Below are positions 35,598 through 47,800 of a DNA stretch of 64,000 bases, one piece after another. The notes beneath the pieces are model-generated. The model was not told where the DNA came from and did no database searches. It saw nothing but the letters and a program-made list of their open reading frames with translations. The stretch lies in the NCBI RefSeq assembly GCF_964355755.1, contig NC_092679.1:17033432-17097431 (forward strand). The letters run 5' to 3'. The first letter of the stretch is position 1. The number at the start of each line of letters is the position of its first letter. A program made the translations under genes and the position numbers. This stretch comes from Antedon mediterranea. Lineage: Eukaryota > Animalia > Echinodermata.

Positions 35598-38500
35598 ATG
35601 GCCTTTGCAGCTATATATTTTAGTGTGGATCGACGTCAAAAACTCGCAACAATTCTTCAGTTTGTATCGTGGGCTTGTGTCATATGTGGTATTGTTTTAG
35701 TTTCTCTCGGTACATTTATTAGCTTGCACGTTCAAGCAAAGGTAAGTCTAATTATAAGGCTAGGCCTATTTAATTAAAATAGATTTTAGGCTATTTTCCT
35801 AAGGTGCCCTGAGCATTTGACAAAATCAGTGCATGACACGTTCGTAAAGTACGCTTTTTCCTCGCTTTTATTTAATTTCATTCAATTATGCCTAGGGTTA
35901 GGCCCATTTCATTACAACGTAATATCACATACTATTGTTACCACAACAGATAAATCTAATGGAAGGATACGACAGCTCCATGCTTCCCAAAGTTTTAATA
36001 ATCGTCGGTTCACTCGTTGTACTACTTGACCTGGTGTGCGGTAAGATTTGTCAAGATATCTCAGATCATCGGCGACTGCACAGATACGAAATGTTGCTAT
36101 TTCCTTTGGTGATAATATTGTTTGTACTTGATGTTTGCCTGTTGACAGCCGGGTGTATGTGTTTCTCACATCGGGCCAAACTCTCGCACTCGATTAACGA
36201 TGGATTGTGGAACGGTATGATAAAATACAAGGTAAGGCCTAGAATTAATTGAAAAATTAATATAATAGGCTATTTTGATTGTCAATGTATCGATAAGGAT
36301 AATGACGATCCACTGATAGTAATTACTAATACGCAGATGCAAATTTACCACTAATGATTGAACCGAAACTCCAGGATTAGTAACGCATGTATGTTGATTA
36401 ATGTGTTTACGTTTTAGGACAACATCACTTTCAAATATGAAATCGATGGATTACAAATGGAGTTTGAATGTTGTGGAAATAATGGATATGAAGATTGGTT
36501 TAATATGCAATGGATTAGTACGCAGTTTTTAGATATAGATGACAAGGAGATACAAAGGTAAAGATCAGCACCGGTGGTGACTAATACAAGTTTTAACTTT
36601 ACTTACTCCTTAAATTCAAGTGCAAACTTTAACTTAATAATGCTATCCAACTTTCGTGACTGTCATGTTGTTCCCAAACCTCAACAAGCTAGTCTGTCAA
36701 GAATGGCACATGGTATCTTGCAAACTAGTTTGTCAAGACTGGTACATCGCCTAACTTCTGAAAACCAGTTTGTCAAGACTGGTACATGGCCTAATTTCTG
36801 CAACCTAGTTTGTCAGGGCTGGTACATGGCCTAAATTCTGCAAACCAGTTTGTCAAGACTGGTACATGGCCTAATTTATGGAAACTAGGTTGTCAAGGCT
36901 GGTGCATCGCCAAATTTCAACAAGCTAGTATTTCAAGACTTGTACATGGTCTCTTGCAAACTAGTTTGTCGAGACTGGTACATGCCCTAACTTCTGCAAA
37001 CTAGTTTGTCGAGACTGGTGCATGCCCTAACTCTGGCGAACTAGTTTGTCAAGACTGGTGCATGCCCTAACTTCTGCGAACTAGTTTGTCAAGACTGGTG
37101 CATGCCCTAACTTCTGCAAACTAGTTTGTCGAGACTGGTGCATGCCCTAACTTTGGCGAACTAGTTTGTCAAAACTGGTACATGCCCTTACATCTGCAAA
37201 CTAGTTTGTCGAGACTGGTGCACGCCCTAACTTCTGCAAACTAGTTTGTCAAGACTGGTACATGCCCTTATATCTGCAAACTAGTTTGTCGAGGCTGGTG
37301 CATGCCCTAAATTTAGCGAACTAGTTTGTCAAGACTGGTACATGCCCTAACCTTTGCGAACTATTTTGTCAAGACTGGTGCATGCCCTTACATCTGCAAA
37401 CTAGTTTGTCGAGGCTGGTGCATGCCGTAACTTTTTGCAAACTAGTTTGTCAAGACTGGTGCATGCCCTTACATCTGCAAACTAGTTTGTCGAGACTGGT
37501 GCATGCCCTAACTTTTGCGAACTAGTTTGTCAAGACTGGTGCATGGCCTAACTTCTGTAAATTACTGTTTTCTGGAGTTTGGAAAACTTTTCATGCTAAA
37601 TTCACAGTTAGCAAACAATACCATTTGAATATCGTGATATCGCCTAATCTGTTGGTTTCTACTTTTCTGTCAAATTGAATAGCAAAATGACAACGGGATA
37701 CTACCTAAATGATGACGTGCCATTTAGCTGCTGCGTAGCGAAGACGACACGCGCATGTATACATCATCACGTGACGAAAAGTGACTTGCACTTCAATTAC
37801 CGATTTCCCGCAGATATTACAATATATCCAGTAGGTTGTAGAGATAAATTGATTGACTATTTCAGCATAAAATTGAAGAATATCGGAACAGTGGGATTGG
37901 CTGTTTTTGGACTGCAGGTAAGGAACGTAGGCCTACGACTGAGTTAGGACACAGCAAACCCCCAGATGTTTACCTAAGCAAATTAAGTCTCAATATAACT
38001 ATGCATATTCTTTAGTCTCTTACAGTTGACTATTACATTTAAATCATTGCTTTTACTTTAACATCTTACAATTTTAAATTAGCCAAATCCAGTTTCAATC
38101 AAAAGGTTAATTCTGTCGATAACGTAGTAACTGACCCTTTTTGTTAGGCCTAGTGTATTATAATATTCGTAACATTTTAAAATACTACTGTAATTAATTA
38201 TTTTATAGTTTATAAATGTCATCTGTTTGCGGTATTTACAAACATCAATAGCCAATGCTAGCAAGACGGGCAATCCGAAAGCAGACGCGTGGGGTTTTCT
38301 GTTCGACAAAGATGCTGGTAAAAACGACGATACAACCGGAGACGACGCGGCACTTCTACAAGCCCAACATCAACAGCAGCAAGACTCGTCGAATAGCGAC
38401 GATTTTACTAGTGATCAATTTTCATCTGATGATGACGACTTCGGTGGTGGTGTTGGCGGTATCGTCGGTGATATCGTTGGCGGAGGAGGAGGCGGAGGCG

Positions 38501-39060
38501 GAGGATTTGACCCTATATATGAGAATTTACCATTGCTTGGTGGCGACATGCCCCAGCAAGATAAACATAAGTCAAAAAAAGATGGGACTGATAACAAAAC
38601 AGATAAATCATCAAAAAAGCAGAAGGAGTCGCAGAAGACGAAGAAAAACGAACCATCGTCTCCGAAGAAAAACAAAACGGACAGTTCCAAAAACAAGTCA
38701 CCGTCTTCGAAAACAAACAAGTCCTCACCATCGAAGAAAGATCAACATTCAGGGTCAAAGAAAAATAAGTCACCGTCGTCTACAAAAAAGTCCCCCGTGT
38801 CCACAAAAAAGAAGTCTCCAATGTCTAGTACAAAAAATAAGTCAATGAAAAAACCCTCTCCTGGTAAAACAGGGTCAAAGAAGGTTGGTGGTAAAGGAAA
38901 GGGAAAAATGCCTGGTAAGAAAATGGGTAAAGGTAAAAAAATGAACAAAAACCGACACAATAATTGCGGTTACCTCTCGTGGACAACGTCGAGTAGTAGT
39001 TGCTTTACAAGCGATGACGAATTTGAACCAGGCGTATATTACATTAACGAAACCTTTTGA
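35598..39060 (+). CDS. PRPH2: Peripherin-2/ROM1 (RDS)-like tetraspanin, ~550 aa; exons 35598-35741, 35950-36231, 36418-36557, 37683-37917, 38209-39060
   Basis: Motifs RQKLA, GKICQD, IDGLQMEFECCGNNGYEDWFNMQWIS..FLD, DDVPFSCC.....RACIHHHVT, GC, LRYLQTS and AWGFLF parallel PRPH2; four hydrophobic segments; GT-AG introns in phase (1653 nt). Likely co-ortholog of PRPH2 and ROM1. Confidence 0.93.
36680..37560. repeat. 40-bp minisatellite (CTAGTTTGTCAAGACTGGTGCATGCCCTAACTTCTGCAAA), ~22 copies, in peripherin intron 3
   Basis: Direct inspection. Confidence 0.95.
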
Positions 39061-39669
39061 GTAAAACTAAACAAAAATATGCATTAGGCCTACTTACTTG
39101 ATCTTATTTGGTTCCTCGATACTCGATGGTCTCTCGATGAAATCCACATTCTTTCAGGTATATCCATAGGGCTGAGCCATTGGCTAGAAATTTGTCGAGT
39201 TTCGATAAGATAATTTCCATTACGAATACAAATATTTTAGTTCATCGTCAGAATGTACTATTTTCTTCTTGAAATACATTTTAGAATCAGTTTATATAAT
39301 TCCCATTCTACTATCCATGGAGTGTCGAGCTTGTATTGTTTACGACCAGCAAGCAGACAAATTAACATACATATGCTATGTGTAATTTGCATAGAATTTG
39401 AATAGAGGTGATGCAGTCGCATAAGCCTACAATAGTGTGCCTAAGCCTAAATGGAATGCTCAGTTGTTTTTACTCCATTTATGATGGAAACCCAAGTTGC
39501 AAATGAATACGTTGAGTCAACAACCTCAACAAATAAATTTTATTTAACTCTACTAAAGATACGTTTACACTGAGCTGGGATTCTGCCCGCCGTTTGCCGG
39601 AGAAAACTTTTCGATCACACCCGTACGTTTTGTACTGAATCCGGAATGAGTGTTAACGGGTTATAGATT

Positions 39670-40186
39670 TAAGATCTGTCTACATTATTGACAACAAACG
39701 TGTATGGACATGATGACGTCATATCACTACAATATTTGGGCATATCACATTTTGTGAGTGAGTGGTCGAGCGGTTAAGACAGTGGAACCGTAATTACATC
39801 GGCAGGGGTTCGAGGCTCACTCACTCCATGGTTCTGGTGGTAGAACGAGTCTTCTCGGATAAGGACTATAAACCGTAGGTCCAGTGTACACAACTAGCTC
39901 GTGTGCACTTTAAAGAACCTAGTACATCTTTCGAGACGAGTAGGGGGTTACCCCGGTGTATTGGTACATCACAGCCACTGATCACCAACTGGGCCCTCTG
40001 GGAGACCAGTCTTTGACTGAAGAGGTTACCCAGTATAAATATATATTTCAATAAAAAAAAATCAATTTTCCGACTACTTTTTATAGTGTACATTATAAAA
40101 CTTTATGTAACAAAAAAATCGTTTTTTGTCATATTACTACCATATTTGGGCACATCACACTTGTTTGATAGTGTAGACAGAGTTTT
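39670..40186. mobile_element. Harbinger-like MITE (CTGTCTACAC..GTGTAGACAG family) interrupted by a full-length SINE
   Basis: Left AGATCTGTCTACA, right GATAGTGTAGACAGAGT; internal sequence matches 54594-54734 in reverse. Confidence 0.7.
39756..40061 (+). mobile_element. Full-length tRNA-derived SINE with Deu/Nin-like central domain
   Basis: Box A TGGTCGAGCGG, box B GGTTCGAGGC; core CGGATAAGGACTATAAACCGTAGGTCC...TTAAAGAACC...GAGTAGGGGGTTACCCCGGTG resembles the Deu-domain consensus; five copies in the window. Confidence 0.85.
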
Positions 40187-41059
40187 ATACACCAATTTTT
40201 TTTAATCTCACGATGTTCTATCCAGCTACCGGCATGCGGGATTTTTTTTTTTACAAATAGGAATTCGGTAGCTGGTTGTTGTGGCGCCGAACAAACTGGG
40301 TTACCATCATAGAAAGAAGCCGAGTTTTATGATGATATTGTTTGTTTGTTTTTATAATAGCGTGAGACACTACAATTATACTCACCCAAGTCGGTGCCCA
40401 TCGATCCAGTTTGCCGAATTCGAAGTCAACTCAATAAAAACAAAACAAACAAAAACAAAACAAATTCAACACTTTATACCAAATTCCAATTCGCCGATTC
40501 ACACGAGGAATCAATATTTCTACTTCGTTTTCGATTTTCTACGACCTAAGACTCATGTAAATTACACATTAGGTCCGAATTTGTCCAAATAATCGATTTG
40601 AGTTCATTTTCGCGATGACCGTAATCCAAAAAAAAGTATACAAAATCGACAAAATTACCAAACTAAACTCAACGTATAATAGTAGGCCTACCATTGGAAA
40701 TAAACCTTTTTTTAGCTTTATGGGTAATCCTTGGTATGTTGGTTGTACCGAATAAAACAAACGTATGGAAATAGTAACTCCATATGACGTCATAAGTACT
40801 AGGTCATTGCGAAATTTCATAGATTTGTAGCAAAAACACTTTTGGTGAATATAATATATTAATTTATTTATCATATATAATACAAAATAATCTTGGCAAT
40901 ATTCAAATTGCACTAACTTTACAGTTTTTTAGTACATCATCTTAATTAGTTTCATTGTTTAAATGTCATTTCAACCTATTGTTTGGCTTTAGTTTGAAAG
41001 ATAACATGAATATGTTTTGTACTGTAGTGAAATTCCGTTTTGTATATTAAATTCGGTTT

Positions 41060-41785
41060 TTAAGTGAAATTCTGATTTCGTGAAATTCTGATTTTGTAAT
41101 TAGCATTATTGTGAATTCATGCCATTATGATTTCGTCACATTATGATTATGCAAGTGACATTGTGATTACGTGACATTACGATTACGCAAGTGTGATTTT
41201 ACAAGTGACATCATGATTAATACGTAAGTGACATGATTACGTAAGTGACATTCTGATTTCGGAAGTGACATTCTAATTTCGGAAGCGACATTCTAATTTC
41301 GTAAGCGACATTCTGATTTTGTAAGCGACATTCTGATTTTGTATGCGACATTCTGATTTTGTATGCGACATTATGATTTCGCAACTGAAATTCTGATTTT
41401 GCAAGTGACATTATGATTTCGCAAGCGAAATTCTGATTAGATAAGTCACATTCTGATTTCGCAACTGTAATTCTGATTTCGCAAGCGACATTCTTATTTT
41501 GCAAGTGACATTCTGATTTCGCAAGTGACAGTCTGATTTCGCAAGCAACATTCTGATTTTGCAACTGACATTCTGATTTCGCAAGTGACATTCTAATTTT
41601 GTATGCAACATTCTGATTTCGCAAGAGACATTCTGATTTTGTAAGTGACATTCTAATTTTGTAAGTGACATTCTGATTTTGTAAGTGACATTCTAATTTT
41701 GTAAGTGACATTCTGATTTTGTAAGTTACATTCTGATTTTGGAAGCGAAATTCTTTTTTTGTGAGTGACATTCTGATTTTGTACG
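41060..41785. repeat. 20-bp minisatellite (GCAAGTGACATTCTGATTTY), ~35 copies
   Basis: Direct inspection; explains ORFs 41217-41771 and 41411-41671. Confidence 0.95.
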
Positions 41786-41899
41786 TTCAAAACTCATTCA
41801 AGCTAGTTTACAATAAAAAAATTAAATCAAATTTATGAACACAATTATAATAATAGTAACAAAAGTAGTACTGTCATATGTATTATGATTTACATTTTA

Positions 41900-44800
41900 T
41901 CATTTTATTCCCTTGGATGCGAGCCACTTATCACAGATAGATTTAACAGCGAACTGATTCGTTTCATGTGCTGCAGCTGCAATGCGTTTGACGTCATCCA
42001 CACTTTCTGACTTTACAGCTATTAAATACGCTGACTTGAGTTTGCCACATAATATATAAGCACTTATCTATAGAAAGCAATAAAAATTAAAATTATGAAT
42101 AAAAATTTATAATAATTCAAGTATATGTTTAATATTATGTAAGGGAACAAGGTAAGATTCCATAGGATAGTAAACAAATGAACTGAAACTGGATAGGACA
42201 TTATAAATATGGTATTGAGCATAATTCACACATACACCAATCAGGCAAATAAGATTGTTCATTTAATTTAATTTTATTCGAATTCAAAACAAAATAACAT
42301 TAAAAAACAGTATGGAATGCATTCAGGGTAGCACAAAAAAGTAACGAATGGTCATAATTATTTCCATTGTGGCACAATGCTCCACGTGGCAATGCTCCAA
42401 TCTTTGTACTCGATATGCACACGCCCATTTCATGCAAACGAAAAGTCGCTGTTGATGTACGAGCAATCCGACACGAACTTGAACTGGAGCCGGACCAGAG
42501 CCGGATTGAAGCAGGCGTTAAAAAAACTTTATTTCTGTATAGTTTTAATGATCTGCTTTGATTGAGTGGACACATCAATAGACCTGATTGATAGGATAGG
42601 AAGCTACAAATAAAGTTAAATTTTATTCCATTCACAACCACATACCTGGTTTGTATACTTCTTCATCAGTTTTACAAGGTATTCCGTTTCCTTAACAAAC
42701 TGCGGATCAGATACAACAATCTTGACGCAAGCACCGAGAACACTATCGCCTGTGTCTGCATCACAGTATTTATTGTTACGAAGCTTCTCCATAAATGCGC
42801 CTATCTCTTTCACCTTGCGCTTCTCTGACAGAGCTTGACCAACACGGGTGAACACGAGTAAGGCAGAGAGACGATAAATCTAAAGGATTTACATTGTATA
42901 GAAAATCAATTAGCAGAGGAATGGTAACTCAATGGCTAAACTAACGGAATACTGTAACTAACTACTATATAACTTAAATATCTAACTAACTATCTACAGT
43001 ATTGTAACTACCTAACTACCGTAACTACCTAACTAATATATCTGACTATCTAACTACTGTAGCTACTACTATACTACTCTAAAACTAACTCTACCTACTT
43101 TACCTTCTGTAACTAACTCCTTAATTTAACTACTGTAACTAACTACTCTAAAACTACCTACTTTAACTGTAACTAACTACCTACTTTAACTACTGCAACC
43201 AACTAACTGTAACTAACTAATCTAACTACCTACTTTAACTAACTAACTGTACCTACTTTAACTACTGTAACTAACTACTCTAAAACTACCTACTTTAACT
43301 GTAACTAACTACCTACTTTAACTACTGCAACCAACTAACTGTAACTAACTAATCTAACTACCTACTTTAACTACTGCAACCAACTAACTGTAACTAACTA
43401 ATCTAACTACCTACTTTAACTGTAACTAACTACCTACTTTAACTACTGCAACCAACTAACTGTAACTAACTAATCTAACTACCTACTTTAACTACTGCAA
43501 CCAACTAACTGTAACTAACTACTCTAAAACTACCTACTTTAACTGTAACTAACTACCTACTTTAACTACTGCAACCAACTAACTGTAACTAACTAATCTA
43601 ACTACCTACTTTAACTAACTAACTGTACCTACTTTAACTACTGTAACTAACTACTCTAAAACTACCTACTTTAACTAACTAACTGTACCTACTTTAACTA
43701 CTGCAACCAACTAACTGTAACTAACTAATCTAACTACCTACTTTAATTAACTAACTGTACCTACTTTAACTACTGTAACTAACTACTCTAAAACTACCTA
43801 CTTTAACTGTAACTAACTACCTACTTTAACTACTGCAACCAACTAACTGTAACTAACTAATCTAACTACCTACTTTAACTAACTAACTGTACCTACTTTA
43901 ACTACTGTAACTAACTAAATCTAACTACCTACTTTAACTAACTAACTGTACCTACTTTAACTACTGTAACTAACTACTCTAAAACTACCTACTTTAACTA
44001 ACTAACTACCTACTTTAACTACTGCAACCAACTAACTGTAACTAACTAATCTAACTACCTACTTTAATTAACTAACTGTACCTACTTTAACTACTGTAAC
44101 TAACTACTCTAAAACTACCTACTTTAACTGTAACTAACTACCTACTTTAACTACTGCAACCAACTAACTGTAACTAACTACTCTAAAACTACCTACTTTA
44201 ATTAACTAACTGTACCTACTTTAACTACTGTAACTAACTACTCTAAAACTACCTACTTTAACTAACTAACTGTACCTACTTTAACTACTGCAACCAACTA
44301 ACTGTAACTAACTAATCTAACTACCTACTTTAACTAACTAACTAACTGTACCTACTTTAACTACTGTAACTAACTACTCTAAAACTACCTACTTTAACTG
44401 TAACTAACTACCTACTTTAACTAACTAACTGTACCTACTTTAACTACTGTAACTAACTACTCTAACTACCGAACCAACACTACTGTAACTATGGTAATAT
44501 AGCTATCTAATCTTTTTATTATATCACTATTCTGATTTTTAGGTTTATCGTAAAATCACCTGAGGGACAGTCATAGCTGATCAGTACTGTATCAGTTATA
44601 GTTAATGATTTACAATATGCATTCATTAAGTCACAATTTACGATCATGATATCGTGCTGTTAAATTAGTATTTTGTAAGAAGTAATATTAAAATAATACT
44701 TATAATAAACTCCTAGAATCATACCAAAAGTGGTCTTTGACAAACATTACTACTATTACCTGAATAATCTTGTAGCCAAGGTTAAAGCTTCGATCCATAT

Positions 44801-47800
44801 CAAGTCCTATCATTAACATCTGTGTTGGAATAAGAAAGGAATATGATCATTATTATTACTATTATCAACAACCATTGTTTCCAGTAAGAAAGAGAGAAAT
44901 AGTGTTTGAAAGGGTCACCATTATTTATGGTTATCTGGGTCTAGCATCTTGACTGATATATTCTCTCATGACAAACTACTGAAACATTTTCAATAATTAA
45001 AAGTAATCTCCGTCCAAAGATATTTAAAGAAATACATTTTAAATCATCTACAATGCTCCTTCTACTGTATAGCTCCTAATGACACCCTAGGCAAATCACC
45101 AACCCCTAAATAGCTCCTTTTTTTTGGCTCCACCCCAAAAATCTGATCTACCTCTTAAGATACACACCATATATGCTACTTGTTCTTTTTCCTTCTTGCC
45201 TCCAAACAGTGTAGCAACGTTTTGTTTAGAGGCATTTGAGAGCATATTTGAGATTTCGGATTGTTCCACTTGATGGAGACACTTGGTGACTTCTAGTTGC
45301 ATCTCAATTGTTTTTATGTGCCTGGAAAAAAAATTATATGCACCTGATTGTATTCTTGTAATTTGATTGGTCAATTACTCATCATTTGGAATTAGCTAAC
45401 AAAAAAGTGGTGATATTTAACACGCTCTAATGCACGTTCAGCTTTCTGTCTGAATTTTTGCCATACTTGTCGTGTTCGGAAATCAACTTGTTATGAGAGG
45501 CATCTATAAACTGTTCTACTCCACATCTAATGTTGGCACATTGCTTTTTAAATGGCCTAGCTTCCCGGCCTAGCATCCGTCAATGATTTACGATTTGAAT
45601 AACAGTAGGTGGGTCATTCATCTACACACCACTGACTTACTTTGCAACATCCGACGCTGACAGGGACATCTGATGTCCAGGTGATGACCCTCTTGAATCA
45701 CTGACCATTTTCAAATGGTGTTTTGCTGTGTCCAGATAGTGTAGTCGTTCAAATAAATCAGCATATGATTTCACATGGTCTTGGAAAAACCGAATACAAG
45801 TCATCGATGCCCGAACATAATCCTGAAAGTGTAAGTTATTTCTGTCACTATTCATTCGGGCTAGTAGTTATTTGTTGATTGAATATTCTATTTTACTACC
45901 CCATTTGCCCACACCACACAACTAAATTTTAATGAGATGCTTATTAAGTCTAAAGTATAGCTCTTGGTAATAGCATGGTGGTCATGGTATATACGGGGAA
46001 AACAAAGATGTTTTCTCCAAGGATCATTTCAATGCACTTTGCAAATGTAAAGCTCTGTTTACACTATCGAACTAGTTTGACAAAAAAAATGTGATGTGCG
46101 CAAATATGGTGGTGACGCCCAAATATGGTAGTGATATGACATCATCATGTCCGTTATTTGGGCACATCATAAATTTTGATAGTGTAGATTTGTTGGGGAA
46201 ACAGTAAATTGATATACATTTGATGGCGAATACAACAAATGTGTATTACTCAGCAGGATCTGTGTAAAAGTATCATTTCAATGCATTAGGCAGATTCAGA
46301 GGCTCTGGTAGTGGAGCTTTAGGGAACATTGAATTGATATACATTTGATGGCAAATACATCAAAATGTGTATTACTCAGAAGGATCTGTGTAAAGGTATC
46401 ATTTCAATGCACTAAGCACATTCAGAAGCATTCACTTTACCTTCATAAAAACCTGGAATTGATACAGTACATGCATATATCGTTTGCTGGACAAATATCG
46501 ACATGTTGCTGTCAGGTACTTGGACCACATATTAAGACTCGAGTCAACCAACATCATCTGCTCGTGGAGTTTATAAATACCGCCCTCTTTAACGCATGTA
46601 ATGATGATACCCTCTATGAATACGGATGCATCACATTTCTGTATAGTATATTAAACTTCATAAACTTAAATTTCATAAAATTGTTGTCTTATCTGTCATA
46701 TGATTAAGTTTGGCCTTAAAGTAATAACACTTTACTTTTTTGAAGTTAAAACATTTCTTAAACATAATTAAATTAATATTAATCTCATGTTCTTTTAAAT
46801 GTTTTTCATCTATTTCACTATGATACAATTCAAATATGTTTTATGTTTGAAATACCTTACTTTTTGTTCAACTGTTTATACAAAATTGAGAAACAAAAAT
46901 TGATGAACAAGTAAAAGAACCAAAATGGAATACACAGGATGCATACAGTTTCTCTAGAGTAATTTCAGTGAGTGGTCTGGTGGTTAAGACAGTGGAACCG
47001 TAATTACGTAGCCATAACATCGGCAAGAGTTCAAGGCTCACTTGCTCCATGGTCCTGGTGTTAGAACGAGTTCTCTCGGATAAGGACTATAAACCGTAGG
47101 TCCAAATTTCAATAACTTTCCAGGCCTGGGAAATATTTTAACTCCCGGTTTTCAATGACTGCATGAACCCAGAAACATCCTTATGACCTTACCTTAGCAA
47201 TGATATAAAGTAGTGCTTTGGGTAGGTAATCATGCTTCATATAAAACTCCACCATCAGTAGATGTGTACCGAACGTCTCTATATACCATTTGCACTGCTC
47301 AGTTGGTGCACGGTACATCTGCTCAACAACAGATGTTATCTAGAAAAACAAATCGAAAAAGAACGCCAATAAGACCCTTAATCATGATATTGTAAGTGTT
47401 TACTATTCCATAGGTAAAGCATGTAATGTGCTATTCATATACGGTAGAATCCTTCTTTGGGACACCCCTATGAAAGGGAAACGTTGTCATGAAACGAACA
47501 AGGCGAAATATAGATGCAACACTATGACCAAGCCCTATTCAGAGGACACCCCTATGTTATCCCTACTGTAATATATTATTGCATAAATAACATTGTATTT
47601 ACCTGTTTCGGATCAGCAAAATACTCTCTAATATAGCTTGGAGATGACTTGCTGATTTCCTGAACCTTAGAAATAAGAAAAAAAGATGTTATTAAAATAT
47701 TATTTCACAATACCGGGGTACGGCGGATAAAAATAAGTCAAATATCAAAGGAGTAAAGCTGTCTACACTATCAATAAGTTTGACAAAACAAGTGTGATGT

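Noticed and set aside
38255-38960. Alternative-frame and antisense ORFs over the peripherin last exon
   Set aside because: By-products of low-complexity codon usage; only the 38209-39060 frame continues LRYLQTS.
39756-39830. tRNA gene (also 18760-18820)
   Set aside because: Has A and B boxes but no full cloverleaf and continues into SINE body; these are SINE heads.
41217-41771. 184-aa repeat protein ORF
   Set aside because: 20-bp unit is not a multiple of three; product is an artefact of the tandem repeat.
42300-42641. ORFs in the last ZFYVE26 intron with GC-richer patch
   Set aside because: No motifs and not needed for the gene model; probably a TE relic.
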